Below, one piece after another: positions 40,521-55,133 of a DNA stretch of 64,000 bases. Origin of the DNA: Balanoglossus misakiensis (lineage: Eukaryota; Animalia; Hemichordata); contig CM082576.2 of assembly GCA_040954595.2 (NCBI GenBank), forward strand, positions 10,791,129 through 10,855,128, in the 5' to 3' direction. The notes under the pieces are model-generated. The model saw nothing but the letters and a program-made list of their open reading frames with translations. It did not search any database and was not told the DNA's origin. The position numbers and the translations under genes were made by a program. How positions within the stretch are numbered: the first letter of the stretch is position 1; each line of letters opens with the position of its first letter.

Positions 40521-43500
40521 CTCGATCCGCAAATACCCGGCGTGATCAGTCGGTTACCACGGCGACGACACTTGGCAAGCTCGGAAATATCGGGGAGCGT
40601 GCGCGCGTGCAAGATCCGGTTTAAAATCGCGCGCCTTCCTTCAGAGTCGTATTAAATTATTATAATGTCGCCGCCGGGCAATCAACAGGTCTCCAATCCC
40701 ACTGCGGCCGCGAGAGAGGATGAATGAAATTATACTCCATGCCGCCATGGATGAACGGCGATCACGATTAATCAACGCGCATTCATAATATTACATAACG
40801 GCGACTACCAACAACGTCGTATGTGGGTAGGTGCACGTTCATGTGAACCCGCTAATAAATTCAATTCAGGGCAACCTGCGTCGGAGTCAAATCGTCAACA
40901 AGATTATAAAACCACCCAAGATCGTACCATAATTCACAGGTGTGAATTGTAAGAATAATAAGGGAATCGGCTGGAGCCACGCATTATTTTATATTTTTCT
41001 TTCAAAAATAAAACCTGGTATATGCAGATGATATTTACACGATGTAACATTGACAAACCGCGCAGCCGCATGTCGGAAATTTCCCAACGACTCTCGAGCA
41101 GCGCGGTTGTCATGTTTACTCGCCCGCCTGGAAAATATTTGGCTACGCCCATAGGCCTACAAGCGAAATATCACAGAGGTCTGGCTGAATGATGAGTTGT
41201 CCTGGGTTATAATTTGATGACGTTCGTTATGAATTTGTCCGCTGCATTGCGTCAAAAGAGTGGTTACTTTCGAAATGCATTTTTATATCACGCAGCCAAA
41301 ATTTATGAAGTGCTAAATTAATGTTCAACTGTCCATTGCGCAACCCTGTGCGTTCATTGAGTCGGGTTGTCATGCCGACGCGAAAAATCCATATGCATTC
41401 TGTTGGGGGCAACGCGGAAATTGAAGGGGTATATTTGTCATTTACGTGTCCACGGGTGGGAACGTCTGAGGTTAATACTCAGTGTCCGTCACCAGCCTTC
41501 ACAAAAGAGCCACGATTACCGCCGTGCCGGGTACCGGTATCCGTGCATAAGTCACAGGTAGCCAGTACACCTGGAGACGCTAACGCCCACTACAGAAAAT
41601 ACTCGGACAGAACTGAAGTGGTGTTCGTGGGTTTCCATGATGAGACGGCCTTGACGGAAAACCGAAACAAAAGCTGGCACACAAAAAGAATACTACAACA
41701 CGTAGACACGATGCTCCCATTTGATCAGAATTGGTACGGTCACTAAGGGTGACTCATTCTCTGATCCGTCAATTTCCCAACACAGACCCACAACAGACAC
41801 TTTTGCATTAGATGTGCACATAGGCCTAATCTATCAGCAAATTGTTGACTGAAACATTCTCAGGACCCGGCAAACCAAAGTTAGAATACACGGGTAAGCT
41901 CTTTCTGTGAGAAATAGAAGATTTTGACCAAAAAGGCAACATTCGCCCCAAAATGCACAGATGATGTTTTCACCATAATTTCAGCTCACTACTATGAGGA
42001 CATCCTTAAGACCCTGCAAAAATGAAGTAAATGACAGAAGGTCTACTAAAATGGACAACTATCGGCACAAAATGAAGTGCAGGTCGTGTTTATGGTGTCA
42101 TCCATAAGACTGTGTGGACACATTGCCGTACTCAGCGTGCTAAGGTTATATGACATGACGGACATCACGGCACGTGAGATATTCCGAGTTTCGAATCCCA
42201 GTGTGCTTTTGGAGGAGTTAGCACAGCGCAGCCAGCGGTAGAAAAACGACAGGAAACCAGAGCTTGGTATACACAATTGATATCCTTTGACATTGCGATA
42301 TGTTTTATGTGAGGTCATGCTACTTAAACTATCCCCCTCTCTGAAATAAATTCTGCGACTGCTCATTCTGTGTGTATTATAATAACAGAAATTCTCTCCG
42401 TGTGCTTTCTTTAATGTGCCATGCAGCAAAAGTAGAAATACCTAATATTTTTTGCATTTATTCTTTAATCATTATTTGGACCCAGTAATGATATTGCAAC
42501 GTGTGGTTTTCTCTCAAATATGGAAATTAGTCTAACGTCGGGGGTAGATCGACTCACCGGATACACACGTTAATTTTCTGACGTCAGGTGGTCCGATAAT
42601 AAAAAGTGTATCATGCCTAACATATCAATATTTAGGTCAAATGGGGAGTAGTTAAAATCTCAAGACATGTTTACGACACCGTCAGTAATGATATGTCTAA
42701 GAGATATATTGCGCTTATCTACAAGCTCACGACACCCGCCAAAACATGTGCGACTGTAGAAACAAGCCTTTGTCTACCGGTAACTTGGAATGCTGGAGCT
42801 ATGACTCAAGATTTAAGTGCACTCAAATATCGCAGGTTGCTATCCCCGTAAAAGTGCAAAATGACTCAGTTTGGCCATGTTTGGGTAGAATAATAAAAAT
42901 TGAAAATGAAATCCCTTGCACGGTGGCAATACTAGACCCAATCTAGGCGCCAACTGACACATGCAAAAGCAAACTCTTCTTGTATAAAGTTTGACGGACA
43001 TGTTCCACTGTCAACCAGACACCTGCAGGGATTCGACCCATGATTCATAGCTCGCTATAATGATTAACACTCAGACCGGCACCGTAGCTTTATATAATCA
43101 TATCACTGAATACAATGGGACCATTCAAAAGGTTCCAAACAGAGGATCGTTATATAACTTAGTGACCAGTTGAATACATTCCAGTTTTGTCCTCTATTTG
43201 GGGGGAAAATGACCAGTTTACTTTTTATAAAGATTATTCGTGACAAAACGACTTGTGATTGTAATATTGGATTCTAGGGGTTTGATTTGCTAAATTTGCT
43301 TACTTTGCTGACAATGGCCATAAATCTTAACTGTATTTTTAAATCCATAGTAAACCCCTCTCCTGTCCATGTATTGTTTTTGTCTGAAAATTTGTCTGTA
43401 CTTTTGCAATACAGGCTTTTCATTCGCCACGGAGCAATGCAATGTCACTATTCCTACGGCAAACCACAGACTAAACGTGAACAATGGCACATTCAGAGGC

Positions 43501-43914
43501 GCGAACGCGTGATCGTTAACTGTTCAATGATCGCCAATGGCACAAACCGAGTACTCCCACAAAAATATATCATAAAGATATCAAGAATGGAGAATTGTCT
43601 GTCCCTATCTGATCAATGCGACGTCGCATTGATTGATTGGATTACAGTCCCGTCAAGAAACGATAAGATTTGAACAAACACTCGTTCTGATATTATAATG
43701 GTGCAATCGATACGTGCATTGAGTTGATCTACCCAATTATATCATTAAAGTAATAAGTAGATATCATCATTCATACGTATAAAAACTAGGCTTGACTCGC
43801 TACAACATACAATGTTTTACATAAAAAATAACGATCACGCCCGGTTTTTGCCGCGAAATTTGATGTTAAATTCAATTTATTGGACTCTTTTACAACCCTT
43901 CACTGCATGCATGC

Positions 43915-43975
43915 CCTCGACGATATGACCCTCGTGAAACAGGCCTCGACGATATGACCCTCGTGTTACAGGCCT
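43915..43975. repeat. 29-bp tandem duplication
   Basis: CCTCGACGATATGACCCTCGTG(AA/TT)ACAGG x2. Confidence 0.85.
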
Positions 43976-44656
43976 AGGGCAGCCATATTTCAATCAGCCT
44001 TACCCGACTGTAGACATGCCATTACTAGTAAAATCGTGCCATTCACACCGAACTCCCATTTGAGCCTTCCAACCACATGTCAAAGTAAATCAGACAAACG
44101 GTTTCTGATAAATACCGTTCTTTAAAACCACAGCTACCCCAAATTGACGGTCCCCAATATGAAACATATAAATTTTCGCAAAATAACTTGTAAATCCGAA
44201 CATCAAGGACTCCTCTGGGACCCTGCATTTGCAAGACGTTGGGGGGGGGGGGAGGAAACCGCTGTCAGCTCGAGGAAGTCTTGACAACAAGTGGTTGGCA
44301 ACCGTGACTGTTGAAGAAAATAACGACAAGAAAACACCGAGAAACATTGACGCAGAGAATCCACTGAGAACTTCCCGAATAAAACCAATGACAGATTTGG
44401 ATCACTTTCTACCCAGTACCACTTACAGCAAGTGCTTCAAAGAACCCACCTTTGTTATATCCATGAAACTAAACGTGAAGCGCCAATTCAAAAGTCTAAT
44501 TGAAACTATTAAACGCATCAGCGCATGACAAATTTCACCACCTTTGTTGAAGGAATAATGTGTCAACTAATTGTCGAGTGTGGAAAGTTCTCCGATTGTT
44601 TTGAGAATAGGAAGTCTTATTATTCCAGTTCCGCAGATATCTTGTCTGTGACTGGT

Positions 44657-44710
44657 TACAGACCCGTGGCATTAACCTCGGTTGTCATGGAAACCCCCGA
44701 GCGTCTGGTT
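44657..44710 (+). mobile_element. short degenerate non-LTR retrotransposon RT fragment (Rex1/Babar-like)
   Basis: Translates to YRPVALTSVVMETPERLV, similar to the conserved RT N-terminal motif DYRPVALTSVVMKCFERLV; no extended ORF. Confidence 0.6.
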
Positions 44711-46290
44711 TAGCGTATTTTTTTAAAACAACTCCCCGGTTCTTTATCAAACCTATTTCTATTCACATAACCGTCAAAAGATGCCTCTTTAAGCTGCCGT
44801 TCTCTCTCTCGGTCTTCATTTTGCCCTTGAAGAGCTATGTCAGGACTCTCCCTCTGTTGAATTGAGTTCAACCCTTTATACTTTAGGCTACTCCCATTCA
44901 AACTGTTTGGCACATCAAAGCAAATCGGATTTGTCGACTATTATCCATTCAATGGATACTGGATTTTCTTTAAATAGATCACAGCTGGTTGTCGTGACAT
45001 AAACACTCGTCCTACATACGACGCACCTCGGGGATGTGTCCCTTACTAGTATTTCAATTGCTACCCCGTCCTCCGACCGAATGCAACGTATGGTGAAAAG
45101 GCTGTGATTCAACAAGTTGTTTTATACCCACAACATACATGTATTCAAACGATTTCAGATCTGTTTAAGCATGTAGTAAAGGCTATTGTTAGCCTTATTT
45201 CCGTTAATTGTTGTTCAAGTTTTATTGCTTTAAATCTATTTTGCATTAACAAAAATCCTATTGTCCGTTTTTATATTTTGCATATTGTTTCATCGTGTTT
45301 CTTACATACATACTAGTAATAGCAATAGAGTGAATCCCATAATGTGATGCTAAGCTAATGACCAAGTTCAAGAAACAAAAAGAAATGGATAATTACAATA
45401 GAGCGTGAAGAGGAAAAGATTTGAAAATTAAGGGTAGCCGGTGAGCCGGCTTGTGAGAGTGCGCCACGTGATTATAAATTCTACACCGACTGTGAGCCGA
45501 AACACCTGCTCTATATTAGGGACACCTTCAACTTTCGGTTGCTTGCTTGGGTTGATAACCTCACAACGTGTGTAGTATGATTGTCAAGCGACTGTTAACA
45601 TCTCCTTGAGAACCGTGTTCAAACCTGCCGGGCCTACATTGTATTTTTTTTTAAATCATGCCACGTTCTGGGCCAATCCAGGGAACGAGCTTTGTAAGGT
45701 GTATACGGATGTTGGAGCCGCACTCTTCCAGCTAGAGGGGCTGCGTATATTCTTGTGGTCAGTGACAGTGCGAGCTTTTACGTGTGAATGTGTACGTCAC
45801 TTCGTCTGACCTGGGAGCTCGAACGTCACAGCAACATGTAAGCTTAAGGTTGGCAAAGCGTTTGAAAAAAGGGAAAACAAAAATGTGCCATCCCCAGTTT
45901 ATGTATCACCGAAGAGAAAAAAAAGATTTACTATGTAGTAAGAGGGCCTATGATTGTATATATGGTTGGAATTGTAAGTTGACACCTACCGCTGTTGGAT
46001 GTTGGCAGGCTGTTATAGCACAGAGCGCCGGGTCGAACTCAGATATATTATTAGCATAATTGCGAGTTCCGTTGCCCCCGTGACCTGCGACCGCTGACTC
46101 AGTCTCACCCGCTCAACTCACATGTAATAAATTGTCAATGTTGTAGGAAAATTCATTGGATGAATGTTAAGTGGGTCTGCGTTTACTTCTCATGATACAA
46201 AAGCACAGTCAACAGTTGTGTAAATAAAATTGTCCTAACTAGGTCAGCGGCGACGCCAGGGTCACTGCGACCATAGATCCTCGATTTCTA

Positions 46291-46321
<31 letters not shown>

Positions 46322-47939
46322 TCTCTCGGCGGTACATTCTTTTTCGCCTTATCGATCAATGTGAATATTGGCAGATAATCGATTGGTTTGAATCGGGAGA
46401 TCACCGTGCCGTTAGAACCGACAGAAAGTATGATACACTTTCACGGCCGATGAAAAAAAAAATTAAATCTGGTATAAAGCGTCTCCAGCCTCTACGGGAC
46501 AGGTCATAACGTACACGTCACACAAAGATACGATTGTTAATCCACCCGGCCCGTGACTGGTCCATGCATAATTTGGCCCACCCACTGTTGATATAGAATA
46601 TATTGTTTTATAAAATGGAGGAAAGTGTTAGTGCAGTGGAGGTACATGTACTGCCTCCATGTTAACAGTCGTGCCATATGGAATATTAGCGCAATGGCAT
46701 TTTGCGGTCAGAATGAACCCTACCTGTTTTAAGCGTATATCACTTGAACAGGGCGAGACGGCGGCAAACTCTGGCCTGGCTGGGAAGTTAATTGATCATA
46801 TACGCAGTTGGGGATGGGGGAAAGTGCATCGACATCGCCCGACCTCGGCTCGACTCGAACCCTGTCGTGAAAGTAAGCCCAACGCTTGACAAAGTTTGCA
46901 GTCTGGACACTCAGTCACTTACCCTCCACAGTTCAAGCATCCGCGGTCTTGTAGGTGGTAAACTGGCAGGTTGGACTGACGGTTCCCGACCCGATGGCTG
47001 CGATGACTGCGTCTCCGCCAAAACGTTGAACGTCCACCCCTAATGCAGTGACGTGCCTGTAACCCTAATAGCCTTTGTCATGTAGATATCAGAAATGCAT
47101 TAACATACAAACAAAACTCCCGTCCAACAGAGAACCTGGGCCTATATATACATTGTACACTGTATTTACAATACATGTGTGCAAGTGGACGGTGCAAGAG
47201 AGGGAAGAGAAGTGACCTTGATGATGAGATGCCCAAGCGGGGTCACCGAACTTTGTAGTGCACTTGACATCACGTGAAATCTTATGTTTTTGCTTTGTTT
47301 TGTTTTGCTTTGTTTTATCTTTTTCACTGCCTTCTTTGGGAAAGTTGTATGCGCGTGTTTATGAGTATCATATCCGACGGGTTTACTTTTAGTCATCTTT
47401 AAAAGTGTTGAACTTGTCAAAGCCATGACTCGGTCGACTGATTATCGGCGTCGCTATAGTACTCACAAATGCATGTTTTTGCATATACAAAAAGTAATAA
47501 GCCCAATGACGTGGTGAGGTAGCCACCACTCTAGCAGGTATGTTTGTTTACGGCGTGGCGGCTATACAACGCCGGGAACACGCAGACATGCACGCAGGGC
47601 TACCACCACTCCCGGAGTAACAGTTATCGAGCGGGAAAGTGTCTGTCGCAATTAGATCAGACTGAAGATGCCGGAAATAATGGGGTTAGCCGGGGTTGCG
47701 GTTTTTAAGGCATTAAACATAGACTCTCTTTCTGCACGTTCTGCATGAATAGGGTCACTGCACACGCTTTGGAATTGTGAACTCTGACATGGGAAAACTT
47801 CTTGATACTATAAAATGCAACTACTTAACACAGTGGATGAAATAAAACTGTCATTGTACGAGTTTTCTAGTGTCTGTTAGAGATCTTTAACAGTTCTCTC
47901 CCGATCCCGTTTCTTTCTTTCGTTTCTGCGCGCATCTTT

Positions 47940-47954
47940 GTCTGTCTTTCTGTC

Positions 47955-47990
<36 letters not shown>

Positions 47991-48010
47991 ACCCTCTTTC
48001 TCCCTCTCTC
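47940..48010. repeat. (GTCT)n/(CT)n compound microsatellite
   Basis: Direct reading; a second (CT)n run lies at ~46300-46327. Confidence 0.85.
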
Positions 48011-51000
48011 TGCAAATTGAACCGCCCTCTCTCGATGGATTAGTTAAACTAAACTATGCAAAATAAGTAGACACGGGAGAGTCTCATGCTCAGATATGGT
48101 ATTTCGAGATAACTCGGGTTGCATCATAGACACTCGAGAATGGTCTGTCGTAGCACGTGATGTAGGTACTGTGCCTGTGCATTCCAGCAAAACACGTGAT
48201 GTATGGTGTTATTCGCCGTCATGTGAACGACCTTTTTTTCTGAAGCAACAAGTGGGAATCTCGAGTGCGGAAACATTGACACGATCCGATGACTCAGTGC
48301 GTCCATGCCCATGGTCTCGGTGTTACATTTTTCGGCCCCATATTGTCAAGGATGTTGAAGATTTTCTGTGTCATGATGCAGCGCCGTTGCCATGACATTT
48401 GCGATGTGGAGACAAAGCACGGCTGAATTCTCGACAGAAAACTACCGCACCAAGAAATCAGGCTTCCAAGTCGCAAACCCGTTACCCAGCCAACGCACAA
48501 CAGCGCTTTAAGACTACACGCGGCCAGACGATTACATTAATTTTGTACATGTACATGCATTTGCAAACTCGGGCGGTTTTTGCATGCGGACACAGGTCAC
48601 TCTCACTTGACCCTTCATACAACTCCCAAGAGGGGTTTACCATACACACGCATACTTCACATGTGTAATTGCTAAACTGGCCCTTCGGGTATTTGGCGAA
48701 TTCTTTTGTACATTATTATACAGAGGGACAATAACGCCGTCTTGTGACATTTTCAGGTTTGCCTTATTTGTAGAAGTTGTTTCTTTGGAGTCGTTCTGTT
48801 TGCTAGAAAACATCGATCTGGAATCTAGTGCATGTGGGCCGGGCACCGCAACTCTATATGCCTCCTTGGATATTTTACAGACAGGCATTGTCTACTGTCG
48901 GCATCAGGTTTGTATTATGCAGTAGGTGTGGCCGTGGCGACCGCCGCAACATTTCAGATGTGCTAACAATAAGACAATGTGAAACCGCACCGTTCTTATG
49001 TACATGTATTAGGGTATTGGTACGAGCCGGTACCCGGTGATTACATGAAATGGTCAAGGTCCAAACTTGAGGTCAACGCGGTCATTCTTTGGCATCTACA
49101 TCATCTATAGTGGTTCATTTGTTGGAAGGTGGTTTCAACTTTTTTGGTACCTAGATCATCAATAGTAAACGGTTGTTCATTTGGAAGGTGGTTTATCCCA
49201 GGAGGTCGTGCTGGATTTCTATGCATGCTTTAAGAAAGTCAATCTGGTTTAATTCTTTCGAATTTCTTCATATCATTTTTTTTACCATACTGACTGATAG
49301 CAAACTTTGCGGAATCCCCCCTCCCCTCAATGGGAAATATACCGATTTTGGCCTCCAACTTAGCTTTTGCCACTCTCCTGTTTAACTTGAAGAATATATT
49401 TTTTTCTTTTTCTTCCTCTCTCTTTCGAAGATGGGGAGTGTGATTATCTCTGGTGAAAGGAACTACAGTGTCGGTCTCGTTCAGGCTTGCATCGTGCTTG
49501 ACAAGAAAATGTTCGTTTTTAAATCGGTTCACAGGAAGACCTGCCATGAAAATCATTTCTATCGTTTCTACTTGAACATATGTTCGAGTTTCGGAACATG
49601 TTCAAATGGAGGAAACAACGTAGCACTATCTATGTTTTCGACTTTCGCTATGAAATGCTTTCAAAGGCCAAGCCCACAACGAAACTTCATATTTGCTGCA
49701 ATTTTAATCCCGTAGTTAAACAAAGGAATCCGTCTACGAAGTTTTTTTTTTTTGGGGGGGGGGGTGACACCGGTCCCAAGCAATTGAACCGACCCCCAGA
49801 TTGGATAAATTGACCAGTCCCTTACCGAGAGGAATACCATCTGTGCCATAATAATGTCATAATAAAAAGGTCATTAGTTTTTATCAAATATGTTTCGCGG
49901 ATTTAATGGCAACCTACATGCATGTATATACCAGGCCACCACCGCTCCACTGATGATTCAGAGCCCCCGCCCGCGATAGATCAGGAAATTCGTTCGTTTT
50001 TGTCACTCGCAAGAACTGCTGTCTGGTGTGATGTGGGTAAAATGCAGACCGTCAAGTTTTTTTTTATCACACACACAAAGTCGAATCTTATAAACAAACC
50101 TTGGAGAATATATAGAAATATCTTGTTTCTGCCAACCGAACATTACTGATAGACAAACACTTTGCGTATTAAAATCACGGTATATATTTGCTTTAATTGT
50201 TCATGTGATCTTACAAAAACCTAAATGCACAAGAGCGCAAAAACGTATACTTCTCATCCTGTGACTGAATGTGCTGGATGCAGCGAGGTCTCTCATATGA
50301 TAACATGTTTTAACACAAGTCACGTACTCGTACAGTCGCCTATTCTGTCCAGTCTAATGGCTGCAACAATTCATCCCAACAGAGAGTGTATTCAGACTTC
50401 TATTCTCTGCCAAACACAATAGAGTTCAATCGATATCAGCTCCTTTACACCACGGCACTCCTTTTTAGCGTCTCGCATGCAATTCACTGTTGGACTGGAG
50501 TCTCCCCATAAATCATGTCAGCGTGCTAAAAACTCCAGGACGAACAAGATCAAAGTAAGACTTGAACAGACACCGCGTGCACACCTCAATAGTAAATATA
50601 CATAGCTGCCCAGCAAAATATCAAAAATTTGATCAACCATTGCAGTATGTAGTAAGTCTCTGTTCCGATATCTGTTGAATATACAAGCAATACAGTACTA
50701 TTATAGATGCTACGATTTGGAAAAGTAGGTCAAAGTTCACCCAAGTTGTGAAACAAATTTTGACCCTGTGCCTTTCAGTTGCACACAATGTCCAAAAACG
50801 TATGTCCATCCTTGAGGAAAAAAGACAAAGTCATCTATCTCGATTGATTGATTTCATTTTTCTTTTTCTATCCTTTTCCAACATGCAATGTACCTTCGAA
50901 CAGGAAGTTTGCTAATTTCTATCCTAGCTTTTCGAGGTTTTGTCACTATGGATGGATAGATAGATGGATGGATACATGCTTGAATGAACGAATGAGTGAA

Positions 51001-51404
51001 TTAATTCATTGACCATTCCTCTAAACTCATGAAAACAAACACCTGTGTCATTATCCATGAATATCTAAGCCATTGTCGACCAACATTTGGTACACAGATA
51101 CTACAAACAATTTTTGAACGACTGGTGATTGAGGGCGCTGTGATTTCGGGATCCCTTGTTGAAGACCAGTACAATAGAACAAAATGGTGTGACCACACTC
51201 AAACAAGTGAGGGCAGTGCGCACACAAGCTTCTAATAGGTCATCTGAGATTCTCAAAGTTTCAAATTAAAGTATTATTATTTTACATGTTATGGCAATTC
51301 CGATATATTTTGTAAAAAAATATATCACAGCTTTCAAAATATACATCTAGAAAAGCCACCCAATTGTATTTGCATATTTTCTAATGCCTATATCTTTGCC
51401 GGCT

Positions 51405-54400
51405 TTATGCTTTCTTCCATGGTTTCTTCTTGGTCGGGTCCTGGTGACAGACCAGACACAGAGATCCTGCAGGCCTGGTGGCTGTGTATCTGAAATGATA
51501 AGGATCAGAAAAAATGTAAAATTGACGCATTGAAATCATAATCGTGTTGTTCACATTTGAGGTTATTTTACAAAGAAAAAAAAATCAGCTAGCCATGAGG
51601 TCAACTTTACCATGATAGAGCGACATTACACTCATTCATATTAATAAACATACCGGTATATATGTACTGTATGTTAGCTACTGGATAATGATACTACGGG
51701 ATATAGCATACTAGTCTTTTGTTCAAAAATAAGCACTAGATTTACCCCTATTTGAGGGTCTTGCAGAATTCGTTGGACACTTTTTGAGCCTTTGGTAGTA
51801 AAAGAACTTACCCCCATCCCTGCGGAATCAGGACAAAGTCATCTTTCTTAACTTCAAATTTCTTTTTCTCTCCTTTTCCGACCTGCAGTTCTGTTTCACC
51901 TTCCTGTGAGAGAATGGAGATGGTGCAATTATTTCAGATTTTCAAACAGAAAGTTTGCTCTTTTAATGTCCCAGTTGATTGATGAGTCGATTCCATGATG
52001 AAGCATATCCAAGCTCATATCACTGTGGTCATTACTTTTTGGCAAGCACCCTTGCCACTGTCACACTGGATAAGCTAAACTTGAAAGACAACGGTATAGT
52101 TACCATGACCAGAAAATTATATATCATACACTCACCAGCTGCCACATTAAGACTTCTGCATGTTCACTGCAAAAACTCTCCTCCCCAGGGCCCCTCATAG
52201 TAACCTTGTGGAGAGAAGTACAAAATTTTACTCTTTAAGGACTCATACGTTTCTGTATCTTCCTACACATCCCTTAAACAGCGTTCAGCACAGGTTTGTA
52301 AAATCTTGCATTAATTCTACAAAATACAGTGGAAAGTGTCCTTCTTCTTGATGAGAAAAACCTCATCTCTGATACTCATGCAGGCTTCGTACCGAGTGTT
52401 TTCACTACCTCTGCAAGAGCGATGATGTCATTAAAACTTGTGCACACAGATCAGTGACTCACGGTGAACTGATAATGATCCGCGAACATTGTCTTGTGTC
52501 CCTTGCTGTTGATTTCTTCTCTGTTCTTGACCAGCCAGTCTTTGAGAAGAAACGGGGCTTCGACGGTGGTTTCCACGTCAACATCCACTGGTGGCTTCTC
52601 AGGCAGCTCCTCTGTGTAATAACAAAATTTCCTGTTAATGTTTTTGAGCAGGGCAACGACTGGCCAAGTAATCAGTAAAACCGGATACAAATTTCTGGTA
52701 GATTACACCTGGGATCCAGTGATTTACTGGCAGGTATGAGATGGAAGCGAAATGGTGTTATGTCAGGGTTAAAAACATTACAACTTTGCTGTCACTTGAT
52801 AGCAAACTTCAATGCAGCAATATTCTAGGATGGACTCTGAATAGCCAGCCAGTGTTCGAGTGATTACACACTTTTATCCCCATTTTCCTATGTAGAGGTA
52901 CAACGTTACCACAATACTGGTATGGAATGGAAGCCAAATGGTGTTATGTCAAGGTTAAATTGACTGCTGTTTGCAGTGATAAATAAACGTTAAATCTCCA
53001 TATACACTTGCCAGGAATAGGTTTTCCGGTCTTGTACTGCTCGGATTCAAAGAACCCCTTGATGATTGGAGCCAGCTGAGTTCCTAGATCTTCACAGTGA
53101 AACCATTTCTCATACAGCGAGTTTGTTGTTCCATCCACATAATATCTGAGTAGACAGAATGTTAGCCATTTTTTAATTGGAGGTTATAAAGAGCATGCGA
53201 TGGTATTTGATAGTGGATAAAACTTGTATGTCTGTTATCTGACAATATCCAAAGTTAACACTTCAATGAGTCTGAATGACTGATAAAAACTACAACAGAA
53301 TGTGCACGCACACATCTGGAAGAACAATTTTTATGGAAGAAATGTTAGAGGGAAAATGCTGGAGTACTACATGGAAAAGGCCGAAAGCAGACAGTCAAAT
53401 GTAAAATGTGACAGTAAAATGTGCTGTGATTCACAGCAGTTGCATTACAATGACTCAGACAGTCCTTCAGTGGAGTGAAGATGATCTCTTTCCAGGCACA
53501 AAAACGGCAAACACTGAAAGCATTGTTTGTATTCAACCCCGTCACAAAAGGGACCAAAAGAGTTATGCAAGTCCACCACAGTGAAGACAGAGAAGACAGC
53601 AGATTTTATATCAGTAACCAACAGTGCTTGAGAGACTGACCTGAGACCATCGAGTTCTTCTTCAGCACGATCACGCTCCATAACCAATCCGATGGTATCT
53701 TTCTGCCTCTGAGGGGAGTGAGGAATCCTGGCTGGCAGAAGAAATACCTGGGGGAGGGGGAGGGGGAGGGGAGAAAGCATCACCATTGTAATTAAACGAG
53801 GATGAACTAAACGTGTGAAATTCAGAATATACAAAATCTACACTCCGATGATACATGTCTCTTATTTTTTTGCAGGTTAACCTGAGCATCATACCTCGCC
53901 TTCCTTGATGGGGACATCGCGATGTTTTCCTTGCTCGATAATCTTCAAACACATGTCACCTTTGACCATGTAGAATAGCTGGGAGGGTGCAGAGAAACAT
54001 TGTTTGTTAAAACAAGCCTGGCAGCATGGGGAGGGGTAGGGGAAAGAGGGGTTGCAGGTCAGGTCAGGTATTATGCTGCACTGATGTACGTGTATGACCA
54101 GCTTGGGGTAAGTGATGCATAATGACTGCTCTCTCCTGAGAGATTATCACTCAAATTCTAAAAGAAGTGCAGACTGTAATGTATGGTCTTATATTGTCAA
54201 GTACTGTTTTCCTACTCTCTGTTCTGACTGATCAAATATTCACATCACAACACATTCACAGTTATTTTTATGCCACACTCAGTCCAAACAACAGAAACTA
54301 CTGAGCATGAGCAGTATGTCCTCTCTGACAATGTGCTGGTAAATCTAAAACTAGAGCGGTTTGCTATTTTGATGTTTCGCTTCCATTTTTAACTGCAGCA

Positions 54401-55039
54401 TAACATGCAATATCGAAAAAGAATGGCTACTTAACCAACATTTTCCAAAACAAGATTAATCTTCTTAGCCCCTTCCGAGGTTAGTAATGGTTGAGCTGCT
54501 AATTATTAAAATAAGATCTTGCCTGTTTAGAATCTTACTGTAATTACACAGTGGAATCTGATGACATATTCTTTGTTTCCAAAAAAATGAATGATAACTT
54601 TCAAAGATTAGGCTGTACACAAATCCATGCATTAGAGATATCTCATATTAAAGGAATAAATATACTTACTTCTTCTCCTTCTTCAATGTGATAATCTTTC
54701 CTCACATTAGGACCCCCAACAAAGAAAGATTTCATCTGCCCAGCATTGTGCCTGCATTAGAAAGCAGCAACTTTAACAACAATCATGCACATTTATATAC
54801 ATGTACAACAGCGTACATGTACAGTGTCGGGAAGTTAAATATTCGGCGTTTCAACATCCACTAGAATGCCCGAGAAAGAACAACACAGAGCAGTTGATTC
54901 CATTGGATCACAACACATCCCCCCCCCCCCCCCCACCGGCCAGCACTTACATCATTTTGTTGCAGACTGGCGGAAGGAAGAATTTCTGGTTCTCTTCCAG
55001 CCACTGGTCTTTGTTGTGAATCACCACATCCGCTGTCAT
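51405..55039 (-). CDS. HAAO: 3-hydroxyanthranilate 3,4-dioxygenase (296 aa, 9 coding exons)
   Basis: Exons 55039-54951, 54751-54670, 53978-53895, 53747-53641, 53145-53012, 52611-52463, 52204-52136, 51903-51812 and 51489-51405 total 891 nt with consistent phases. Motifs include [28 protein letters not shown] (Fe ligands His/Glu), [13 protein letters not shown] (His) and [17 protein letters not shown]. Confidence 0.96.
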
Positions 55040-55133
55040 CTTGCTTCTATTTCCAGGGGCCCGGGGAATCACTGTCTGCAACAGTCACGCTTACTCGGAT
55101 CCAGAGGTCGAAACAACTGTGCACAGCAGATGT

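Noticed and set aside
46840-46925. Minus-strand B box GGGTTCGAGTC with a weak A box
   Set aside because: Cannot fold into a tRNA; too degenerate to call even as a SINE
52741-52960. ~33-bp imperfect duplication in HAAO intron 5
   Set aside because: Ordinary local intronic duplication with no evidence of function
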